Source: Antechinus flavipes (taxonomy: Eukaryota). From it: a stretch of 64,000 nt of DNA. How positions within the stretch are numbered: the stretch's first letter is position 1; the number at the start of each line of letters is the position of its first letter. Below, piece after piece: positions 20,050 to 30,205 of the stretch. The stretch lies in assembly GCF_016432865.1 (NCBI RefSeq), contig NC_067403.1, forward strand, positions 256,556,001 through 256,620,000. The letters are read 5' to 3'. The notes below the pieces were generated by a model. It ran no database searches, was not told where the DNA came from, and was given only the letters and a program-made list of their open reading frames with translations. The translations under genes were made by a program, and so were the position numbers.

Positions 20050-21234
20050 GGGGCGCAGCCGGGGCCCAGGGCGGGAGCACACCTCTTTTCAGATGATGCC
20101 CCGGAGGCCGGAGGCCCCGCCTCCCCCCATCCCCACTGAGGGGCATTTGATTCTGTGGCTTGGGGGCCCACCCCCACCCGACCTCCCTCCCACAGCCCTC
20201 GTTCCATCTTTGCTGCGGGCAGGGCCAGGGGCAGGGGCAGCTGAGCGAGCCTCCAGGCCTTGCTCTGGGCACTGCTGCTTTCCTAGTCCTTGGAGAGCCC
20301 TTCCCTGCCCCCGGCCTCCCCCCAGCTTTCCTGGGGAGGATCTGCCTTGTTCCCAGCTCGCTCCCCCTGCTTTCCCTCAGAGCTGCAGTGAGTCCTGGGT
20401 AGCCCGTCTCCCATTCCCGAGCCCCCCGCACCCCTTGGCTCTCATTGTCCGAGAGCCAGACCTGAGGCCCAGACTGTGGGGAACGTGGGTCCTGGGCAGG
20501 ATGGGCCAGACCTCAGGAGGGAACGGCCCTGGGAGCCCCTGCTCCCTTCCCCCTCTTCCTGCACCCCCTCAGCTTCCCCCTCCCTGCCTTGAGCTTGCAG
20601 CTCCATCCGTCCATAATGGCTTGGGGGGGAGGGGGGCAGGCTTTGCACAAAGCCAGAGGTGCGGCTGTTTGTGCTGGAGGGGCCTGCAGGCCTCCCTCGC
20701 CCCTGGTGTGCTCGCCCCCTCTCCCCTTCTTGGCCTAAGGGGGAGGGGGGGCTGAGGAGGTGGAGGACCCCCTGTGGCTGGCTCCTCCCCCCGCCCCGCC
20801 TTACTCGCTCCTGGTTTTTTCCTCCACCCCAGGATAGAGTAAATGGTATTTCTTGCCTTGGCTCCATTACTTGTGTGCCCCCCCCCCCATTTCTTCCTTT
20901 GTCATGGCCCCTGGTTCCCAAACAGCTTGAGCGCTTCTCCCAGTGAAGTTCTGGTCCAGGTGATGGCCAGGGTCCATCTCTGCCCCCCTCCCATGCCCCA
21001 AGACATTGAGTCCTCCGATCTAGGGACCCATTCACCCCCTCCCCCTGGGCTGCGGTCCCCTGGTCAGTGTGACACCCGCCTGCACGCACAGGGACACGTG
21101 TGTTTTTGCTTGGCTCGGACCGTGCAGGGAAGCCCTCCCTCGGAGGTGCCCCCCCCCCCATCCTTCCTTCCTAGTCACATTTCGTCCAGCATTTTGCAAG
21201 GAAAAGCCACTTGGGGAAAAGGGACAAGGACAAA

Positions 21235-21240
21235 AATAAA
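21235..21240 (+). terminator. RAB1B: RAB1B polyadenylation signal AATAAA
   Basis: Canonical hexamer ~1.2 kb after the stop codon. Confidence 0.75.
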
Positions 21241-21699
21241 TCAAATCTCCGGTGGCCTCGGGAGAGCCCCCCCACCCCCAGAGGTTTTGCAAGGAAGTTG
21301 GCAGCCAGCCAGTGTGGTTTGTGGGCTGCGTCCCCGCGGTGGGGTGGGGGTCGGGGGCCAATGGGTGGCCTGGGCAGAGGGGACCCCGACACCCCGGCCC
21401 GGGGAGATGCGAGCTCGACCCACTTCCTGCGTCTGGAGAGATGTCCCGCGGAGCTTCAGACCCCCCCCTTCCTCCCCTAAGTAGGGTTGGCCCAGAAGGG
21501 AAGGAAGCTTGGCGATGCCGAAAGATGGCGAGGTCGCGGGAGGCCCTCCCCCACTTCCCTTTCCTACCTGTGCCCGCCCCCGCCCTTGTTGCCCGTCAGG
21601 TGGCCAGGCCGTGCCCACACCCTTGGAGCCAACTGCGCGCAGACTCGGGGAGCGGTAGCCATTCAGCCCGGCTCCAAAGCATTGTCCCTCCCTCCCACC

Positions 21700-22620
21700 C
21701 AGACCCACGAGCGAGGTGCCCCCAGCCTCGGTGGCAATCTGCGTGGGCGCGTGTGATCGCATTGTCGGCCCGGGGTGTGTGCGTGTGCGGGGGGAGGCGG
21801 GGAGCCGGAGAACTGCAAAAGCTCGGGGTGTCCTTTGTGCTCGGTTTTGGCAGCGCGATGTGGGGCGCCGGGGGTGGGGGAGCTGTCAGTTGCTAGTTGG
21901 GGTGTGCGCGCGCGTTTGCGGGGGCGGGCGCAGGCCGGGGGTGCTGGCCCCTTACCACTCGCCCATACCCCCCCTCCCGCCCCGTGGGACCCTCGGGTTC
22001 TCTCCCCCGCCCCTTCCCCGGCCGCTCGCTCTGGGGCTGGGGCCCCGCCCGCCTGGAGGCTGGGCCTGCCCCTTGGTGGGGGAGCCCCGCCCTGACTCCG
22101 CCCCCCCAGCTTCCCGGGCTGGAGAGGGAGCCGCGGGGCGAGCGCAGGATGAGCGAGAGGGGCAGGAGCATCCGCCAGCGCCAGCGGACGCGCCCCCCGA
22201 GCCGCCTGCCCGCCCCGCGCTCCCCGAGCCCCCAGCGGCCGGGCCGGCCGGCTGGCCGGGCGCGTCTCTCTTCGGGGCTCGCCTGGGCGACCCCCTCGGC
22301 CATGCCAGGCCAGCGCTGAGCCCTGTGGGGCGGGGTGGCGGCCGGAGCGGGAGCCGGGCCGGGCCGGGGCCCCCCGGCGACGGGGCCACCCGACGGCGTA
22401 GGCTGGCGCCCCCCGGCCTGGCGCTGGGCCCCGGGGCCATGGCGTTCACCTTCGCCGCGTTCTGCTACATGCTGACGCTGGTGCTGTGCGCATCCCTCAT
22501 CTTCTTTGTCATCTGGCACGTAAGGCCGGGGGCCAGGGGACGGAACCTGACGAGGGCCGAGGGGTCTCCGGCCCCGGGCGCCCGCGGGGGCGGGGGCGCG
22601 GCACGCCTTGGGGGGGATCT
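21700..22620 (+). promoter_or_regulatory. CNIH2: CNIH2 CpG island / promoter and 5'UTR
   Basis: CpG-dense region with GC boxes leading into the ATG at 22439. Confidence 0.7.
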
Positions 22621-25600
22621 TCCCAGGGTAACGAGGGGAAACTTGCCTACTCTTATTCTCTCCCCCCTTGTCTCTGCTCTTTCTTCTTTCCCCATATACC
22701 TGTTCCCCCATTTCAATTCCCCTTTTCCCACCTCCCCCCCTTTTTCTCCCGTCCCCGACACCCCATTGTGGTCCCTTCTGCAGCTAGATGGGAAGCGGGG
22801 AGGGGGTTTCGCGTTGCTTTGCACTTGGGGGCTTAATTTCTTCAGTACAGCTCTGCTCTTCCTCCCCCTCTTCCTGGCAGGGCATCTCTCCAAGCCTCCC
22901 TCTGTCTGTACCAGGTCTGTCTGTCCCCCCTCCTCCTTTCCTCTCCATTGTGGGTTTTTCCAGCCGAGTGATGGAGCCAGTTGCCATAGCAACTGCATCT
23001 GTTTACAAGACCCACATCTACCAGAACCCATTTAACCCCTTCTCTTTCATACCCGCCCCCCCAAAGCGTCTGTGGAGGAAGGGTCTTAAGCGGGACAGAC
23101 CCCCCATATATTCCCTGACCCCTTTGATCTTCCTGCCTCTCCCTTCCCCCTCCTTCCTCCCTCCCCCCTGCTCATTTCTCTCCTTTCCCGGACTCCATTC
23201 TTCCTCTGGCCTGATTCTTCCCAGAACTGTTCAACTCCGCGGCTCGCTGTCCCAGGTCCTTATCAGCTCCAGGGCCTCGGAGTTTGGGGATCATGGGGGA
23301 AAGGGGGGGGCCTCGGCTGGGGTCCTTTTTAACCTTCGTCCTATGCTACAGCTCCTGTCCCCTCTTCCCCTCCCCCCAAACCTCCCCCACTTCCCTCTGT
23401 GCTCCCCACCCCCAGTGGCTCTCCCCTCCACCCCTAGCCTCCTTTCTGGGGCTTTGTTTGCCATTCTCTCCATCTCCGCCGTTCTCCCAATTTCCGAGCA
23501 CCCTCCTCCCATTCATTCATTCATTCCGCTCCATTCATTCACTGCACAAATGTTTCCTGGGCACCTGGACTGGGCAGGGGGGGCGGGGGCCGGCGCTCCC
23601 ACCCCGAGAGACCTCGCATCTCCCCGGCCCGCCCCACCCCCCCTCCCGCCGCTCCGCCATCCTGGCCGCCGCACATCCTCGCTCCCCCATTGGCTCCCGG
23701 GCCCTGCTTCCCACAGCCCTGGCCTGGGCCGGCCTTGCCCCACCGCCAGTTGCCACCTCTCTGTTTCCCTCCGTACTTCCTGTCTCCTCTCCCATATGGC
23801 CACCGCTCCATCTTTGCCATCTCTCCATCTGTTTCCCCCTCCTCATTTCCTCTTCTCCCCGCACCAGCCTCGGCTCTCTCCCCACCTCCCCCTTTTCTCC
23901 CTGCTTTTCTCTCTTCCTCCTTTCTTTCATCTCCTTTTCCTCCTTTTTCTTCCTCTTTTCCTCCCCCCTCCCCGTGGTGTTCCCCCTCCCCCCCACGTCC
24001 CTCTCCTCCATCTTCAGGATCTCTGCCACTTGTGCCAGTCTCGCCACCGTGTCCACAGGTCTTTCTCCCCATTCCCGCGGCTCCCTCTCAGCCGCCTTGT
24101 ATTTCTCCATCCCTGTCCCGGTTCCCGACCTCCCTCCCCCCCCCCCCGGGGCTCACTGCTTCCCCTCCTGCCCAGGCTGGGGCTCCTTGCCGCCTCCCCT
24201 TCCCTCCCTGTGTCACATCTCAGCCTTCCCCTTCATCTTTGGCTCTTTGTCACTCCCCAAGTGCTGAGTGCGCCCCAGTCCTGTGTCCAGACCCTGCCTG
24301 GGGGACATCTGGGGCCGGCTGCCCCTCTTCTTCTTTTTCCCTTCTCCCCATCCCCCTCAGCTCCACTTCTGCCATCTGCAGGCACAGACCCCCTGGCTCA
24401 GTCTCCTCCTCTCCTCCCTCCCCCACTCCCTTGCAGCTCAGCTAGGGGAGAGAATAAGCACTTATCTAGCACCTCCTGTGTACCAGGCACTAAGGTGCTT
24501 TCCCCAATATCTCATTTGATTTTCCCAGTTCTGTGAGGCTGGCGCAAACATCCCCATTTTTATTGTTGAGGAAACGAAGGCAAATGGAGATTTGGGGGAA
24601 TTGCCCGGGTGATCTTGAGGCAGGATTTGAACTCAGCTCTCCTTGCCTTCAGGCCCAGCAGCACCCTAGGCTCCATCCAGTGGGCAGAAAGGGGAGACCA
24701 GCCCGAGGGAGCCGAGGTGGACAGAGGGCAGAAGACACAGTCTTTAGGGAGAAAAACGTCCAAAAAAGGGCTGGGACTCACAGAATTGTGCAGTTGGGGG
24801 GGGGCAGAAAGAATGGGACTGAAACGGGGAGCCCCCGGCAGCTGGCCAAAGGCAGGGCTTTCCAGGAGACTTCCCTTCCTGATCATCTGAGCTGCCAGGG
24901 CTCATGGAGCACCCCCCTCAGGTCTCACCCAGCCCCCCCCTCAAGTCTCACCGAGCCCCCCACTCCCTTAGGTCTCACCCAGCCCCCCCCTCAGGTCTCA
25001 GCCCCCCCCTCCTCAGGTCTCACCCAGCCCCCCCCTCAGGCTCACCCAGCCCCCCCCTCAGGTCTCACCCAGCCCCCCCCAGGTCTCACCGAGCCCCCCA
25101 CTCCCTCAGGTCTCACCGAGCCCCCCACTCCCTCAGGTCTCACCCAGCCCCCCCCTCAGGTCTCACTGAGCCCCCCCTCCTCAGATCTCACCCAGCCCCC
25201 CCCTCAGGTTTCACTGAGCCCCACCTCCTCAGATCTCACCCAGCCCCCCTCGGAAGCCCCAGGTGACCCATCTTCCAGAGCTCAGCAGCGCCAAGGCTTT
25301 CTTACAGGAGGCAGAGCAGCCTCCCTGAGCCAGGGGGCCCAGAGGGGCCGAGGAGGGCGGGAAGGGCCATTGTGCCAGGGCAGAGGAAAGCTGGCCCTGG
25401 GGGCGGGAGTTTGCAGGAAGGGCCCTGGGAGGTCGGCCAGCAGCTTCTGGGGCCGGAGCTGGGGGCCGGGCTCCTTCCCGGGGACTCCCCGTTCCTCATG
25501 TGCCGCCCCAGACGGGCCAAGGTCACAGCGGAGGACGGAGGCAGAGCGGGGCCCCAGCCCCCCAGCTCCTGCCTGGCCCTCCATCTGGAGCCCTCCCCCC

Positions 25601-27057
25601 TCCCAGCCCCATACCATGTGTTCGGGGAGGGGGAGGAGGCGGTGTTTGCAGTTGCTAGGCAACCCCAGGGCACCCTGGGCTTTTGACAGGTTCGAGGGGT
25701 GAGTGACAGGTGTCGACTGGGGGGTTCGTTTGTTCCTGTGGCACTTGGGGTGCAGCTGGCCTTGTGGTGGGGCGCAGAGGAGATGCTCTCTGCCACCCCC
25801 ACGCCCCGCCTGGGCCCAATGGCATCCTGGGTTCCAGATGGCACCAAGGAACAGCAAAGGCGAGATGTTCTCTAGCTCAGAGCTCCCCCCCCCCCCACTC
25901 CAGACTGCCGCGGGAACACGCAGGGGGGTCTGGGCTTGCTGGGGCCCCTCCCCCACCCTAGGACACAACCCCCCCCCCCAGGTGAATCAGCTAAAGTGGT
26001 CCCGGCTTCCGAGGGCACAGAAGGACGAGGCTGCTGGAGGGGCCCCGAGGGGGAAGGGCCCCGGGGGCTAGGGCTCCCTGGCTCCCTCCCAGCCCGGCCT
26101 CTGCAGCCCGGGCAAGTCCAGAGGGCGGGGGGAGGAGGCTGCCCCGGTCCCTCCCCCTCCTTTCCCCCACCCCCGCCGGCCTCAGGCTCCTCCCTCGTAA
26201 AATGGCCCGTGGGCCCAAAGTGCCCCCTCTCCCATAAGTCAGCGCGGAGGCGGGGAGGCGAGGCTGCGGGGAGCCGCGGGAGAAGCACTCTCAGGGGCCC
26301 GGGCGGGGGACCCCCCCGGGCACCCCCAGCCTGACAGGCCTCCACCCCTACCCAGATCATCGCCTTTGACGAGCTGAGGACCGACTTCAAGAACCCCATA
26401 GATCAGGGCAACCCTGCCAGGGCAGTAAGTCAATACATGTGCCGTGCCGAGCAGTGTCCGTCAGTCTGTCCGTCTCTGTGTGGGGTCGGGGCGAGGGGAG
26501 CCGGGGCCAGGACTACGAGCCCCGAAGGGAAGGGGGGAGGCCGTCCACCGCCCCAGTCGGCCCGCCGCCCTTGGCTCCGGTCCCGAATGGCCGAGCCCCC
26601 CAGGCCTCTCGACCACCGCTCTCGCGGGCAGCTCAAACCCCGGCCGTTGCCAGGGAGATCCGGGTGAAATGGCTGTCCTCCATGGCGACGGTTGCCATGG
26701 CAACGGCGGCTCCTGCCTCCCTCAGTGGTGACATTACCATGGAAACAAGACTTCAGTCCCCATGGCAGCAGAGAGCTGGGCTCCCCGGCAGAATGGGGGA
26801 GGGCTGCTCCAGCTCTCTGGGCCCTGGCGCCCCACCCCCCACTGACTCTCCTTCCTGCATCCCTCCCTCACCTGGCTCCCTCGGTCTGACCCTCCTCTCC
26901 TTCCCACAGCGAGAGCGTTTGAAAAACATTGAGCGGATCTGCTGCCTCCTAAGGAAGGTCAGTGGGAGGTCTCGGGGGTCGCAGGACCCCCCTGTCTGTT
27001 TGTCTGGCCATCTGCCTGGAGCCCTGGACGGGGATCCGGGCCCGCTTTGCCGCTGCC

Positions 27058-27103
<46 letters not shown>

Positions 27104-28179
27104 ACTGTGGGCAAGACCCCCAGCCTCAGCTCTTGCTCAGCCCGGGCCCAGACGCTTGGACCGGAGGGGCTTGTCCAGGCGGATCCCCGAGTCTCTGGCG
27201 CCCCCTTCTCTCCTCCCTCAGCTCCTTATGCCCCAGGAAGGGGGGGCGGGTCGAGATGCCATGCAGTGCAATGCAAATTAGGCATCCCGGTGCAGCCGTT
27301 CTCTTCCCAGCAGGCTCAGGGACGCCCCACCCCAGGACCCCTACTCCCTCTCCCAGCCCCAGGAGCACAGAACAGGTGGGTTAACCGGCCCCAGACGCCG
27401 GAGCTCAGCGCCCCCCCCCCGGCCTGTCAGGGGAGGGTGGCCCCCCCTACGCGACCCCGGGGGGCGGAGCCTGACCGCACGCCCTGCTCTGGCCCCCTCC
27501 AGCTCGTGGTCCCCGAGTATTCCATCCACGGCCTCTTCTGCCTGATGTTCCTGTGCGCCGCGGAGTGGGTGACGCTGGGGCTCAACATCCCCCTCCTCTT
27601 CTACCACCTATGGAGGTGATGAGCCTGCGGGCCCGGCCGCGGGTGCTTGTGAGGGGCCCTCCCGACTGGAGGCCCAGGCCCGGGAGGGAGGAGGGCCCCA
27701 AGGGCAGATTTCAGTCGCCGCAAGTCCCAGCCAAAGAGAAGAGGGACTGAGCTCCCCAGAATGTCTGGGGGACTAGAAGAGGGACTGGCCGCCGGGCAGG
27801 TAGTGAATGTCTGGGAAAGGAGTGGAGCGCTGTTCCCGGTTCGCCCCGGGGAGCGGCGGCGGACTCCCGGCCCACTCCCGGCTCCCCCCGCCCCTCCCCC
27901 AGGTACTTCCACCGCCCAGCGGACGGCTCCGAGGTCATGTACGACGCCGTGTCCATCATGAACGCAGACATCCTCAACTACTGTCAGAAGGAGTCCTGGT
28001 GCAAACTCGCCTTCTACCTGCTCTCCTTCTTCTATTACCTGTACAGGTGAGCGCCGGGCCGCCGGGAGGGGGGGGGGGGGGTTTGCGAGGGGCGCCGCGG
28101 GTTGGCGCTCGCCGGCTGCCCGCCGTCCCAGCGCGCCCCTCTCTCCCACAGTATGGTTTATACGTTGGTGAGTTTCTAA
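22439..28179 (+). CDS. CNIH2: Protein cornichon homolog 2 (AMPA receptor auxiliary subunit), 160 aa
   Basis: Exons 22439-22519, 26356-26424, 26910-26957, 27503-27615, 27903-28046, 28152-28179 (483 nt): [66 protein letters not shown]...SMVYTLVSF. Confidence 0.98.
22980..22993. promoter_or_regulatory. RFX X-box GTTGCCATAGCAAC
   Basis: Matches the 14-bp X-box consensus; CNIH2 intron 1. Confidence 0.6.
23243..23263 (-). promoter_or_regulatory. Candidate REST/NRSF RE1 element
   Basis: Minus strand ATAAGGACCTGGGACAGCGAG vs consensus TTCAGCACCNNGGACAGCGCC. Confidence 0.4.
24450..24690 (-). mobile_element. MIR SINE
   Basis: CCCATTTTTATTGTTGAGGAAAC...GGCAGGATTTGAACTCAG reverse-MIR signature. Confidence 0.75.
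24910..25250. repeat. ~23-bp minisatellite (CAGGTCTCACCCAGCCCCCCCCT), ~14 copies
   Basis: Direct inspection; two unit variants (CCCAGCCC and CCGAGCCC). Confidence 0.95.
25651..25663. promoter_or_regulatory. RFX X-box GTTGCTAGGCAAC
   Basis: 13-bp X-box with inverted GTTGC/GCAAC halves. Confidence 0.55.
26646..26746. promoter_or_regulatory. Homotypic RFX X-box cluster in CNIH2 intron 2
   Basis: Perfect palindrome GTTGCCATGGCAAC at 26691-26704, ATTACCATGGAAAC at 26733-26746, TCCTCCATGGCGAC at 26676-26689, weaker GTTGCCAGGGAGAT at 26646-26659. Confidence 0.7.
27061..27098. repeat. (GT)19 microsatellite
   Basis: Direct inspection; CNIH2 intron 3. Confidence 0.98.
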
Positions 28180-28947
28180 AGGGGGAAGCCGGCCAGGGAA
28201 TGAACCCCGAGAACGGACCGGACGCCTGTGTACCCCCACCCCCGCGCCCCTTGTGGACAGCGGAGAAGAGCCACTCCCCGCCCCCCGTCTCTCAGAAGCC
28301 TAGGCTCTGGGGGGAGGCGAGGGGCGCCGGGGCCTCCTCAGCCCCTGCCCCCCAAATTGCTGCTATGGGATGGCCCGACCCTTCACCTCCACCCCCACCC
28401 CCACCCCGTCCTCCCGTGCCGCGCCGGCCTCGCTCCGAGCGGCGCCTCCCGAAGGCAGCCGGCCGCCCCTGGAGACCCAAGCCCCCACTTGGAAAACCTG
28501 GCAGTGGGGGGAGGGGCCTTGGGTCCTCATCCGCCCTAGGGATAACCGAGGGACGGAGGACAGGGGTGCTGGCGAGGGCCTGAGCTCGGGGGAGGGGAAC
28601 TGGGCCCACCCCGCTCCCAAACATCCCTCCGCCCTCGGCCGCCGGCCCAGGGCGTCCCTCGGGGTCCGGGAGGCGGGGCCCCGGGGAGGGGAGGGGCGTG
28701 AGCAGGCTCAGCCGGGGGCTCCTCCTCAGCCCCACCTCCCGCTCCCAGTTCTCCCTCTGCCCCCGCCCTCCCCCCCCCCCAGCCTTTTCTCGGCTCGCTC
28801 TTCTGTGCCCTCCCCAGCCCCCGCCCCCTCCTCCAGCCCCGAGCCCCCGTTTTCGAAGGCGCTGGAGGCCTGGCCCTTCCCAGCGCCCGGAGGAGTTTAT
28901 GTGTAACACCCCAGTCTCCCTCGGCCAGCCCTGGCCATTTGTGATTG

Positions 28948-28953
28948 AATAAA
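28948..28953 (+). terminator. CNIH2: CNIH2 polyadenylation signal AATAAA
   Basis: Canonical hexamer ~770 nt after the stop codon. Confidence 0.8.
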
Positions 28954-30205
28954 CAATTGCAAAGACTTGGGGCCAGGATATGGCCATGTTGGGGGGGGGG
29001 GGAAGAGAAGGGGAGGGTATCACTTGCACGCCCCGAAGGCCTAAATATCCCTCTGACTCCCTCCTCTGAGCTGCTGCCCCATCCAAAGGCCACTCGGGAG
29101 TCCTGGGGTCCTCACCTCCTGGTGGACATCCGAGAGGGCCTGATCCAACCATCGGAGAGGTGTGCAGTGGGGGGAGTAAAAGGGCAGGAAATGAGGTCTC
29201 CTCATGGGGGGCCCTGAGCCAGTGACCTCCCCCTCCCTGCCCTGGTATAGACCAGAGGCCTTTGGAGGCTTCTTGTTCCATAGCCTCGCTTGATAAATGA
29301 GTTAACAGGCCAGAAGAAAGGCACTGGCCACCCAAGGTCACTCAGCCCAGGGGCAGAGCCAGAGAGCAGGGCCCCCCCGGGGTCACGGCCCCCCAACCTT
29401 TGGCCAGCAAACCAGGCCCAGCAGCCCTCTCAGTCCGGGGGGGGGGGGGGGAGTCCCGGAGTCCCTCAGAGCTGACCAGGCTTCCTGGAGGAGCAGTCAG
29501 CTGCCCATCAAACAAAGGCAGGATGACCTCTGACCCTATCCACCGGAGGTTCTGAGGCAGGGAGTCTGGATTCAAATCCTAGGCTCCCTCTGTGTGACTT
29601 TGGCCCAACCCCTTCCTTCCCACATGCCTCCATTTGTGGTCCAACTCTGCTCTGATGCTCCTTTGGGGGGGGGGGTGAGAAACCCACCTCCACCTCTGAC
29701 CTTTGGTCCTGAAGCTCAAAATCGGCCTGGTCCTGGGAGGACGGGCCAGAAAGGGGCCCTATCTCTGGGACAGCTCTCGGGGTTGTGGGTGGGTGTGGCT
29801 GGGGGGGCAATGGCCGGCCTCCCTCCCCTGGTCTCTCCAAACGGGACGAGCGCCAAATGAGACCATAGGCATGGAGCCATTGCAAGTTTTACCGGGGGCT
29901 GCGGACAGCGCGGGCTTCTCCGGCCCGGCCAAGTCTCATCGGTGACATGGAGTCGCCCCCCTGAGGATCGCTCCGGCAGGGCGGCAGCCACTTGCCCCCC
30001 AGAGCCCCCCCACAAGGGGGGCCTGTCCCTGGCCAGCCCTTCTTTCCCACCACCTCAGACCCTCAAGGTCCCGTCCAGGGCCAGGTTCCCAGGAATGAGG
30101 GACAGATGTGGCGGAAGCAATTAAAATCTTCAATGTACAGGGTAAAAATCATCATCGTCATCTTCTCGGGAGTCTTCCTTGGGGACAGGGGAGACCCCAT
30201 CTGGG

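Noticed and set aside
21716-22438. 241-codon in-frame extension upstream of the CNIH2 ATG
   Set aside because: Starts at GTG with no in-frame ATG, lies in a CpG island where stops are rare, and the known protein begins MAFTF.
22788-25702. 582-aa and 389-aa ORFs in CNIH2 intron 1
   Set aside because: Produced by a pyrimidine-rich tract and the 23-bp minisatellite; no protein-like features.
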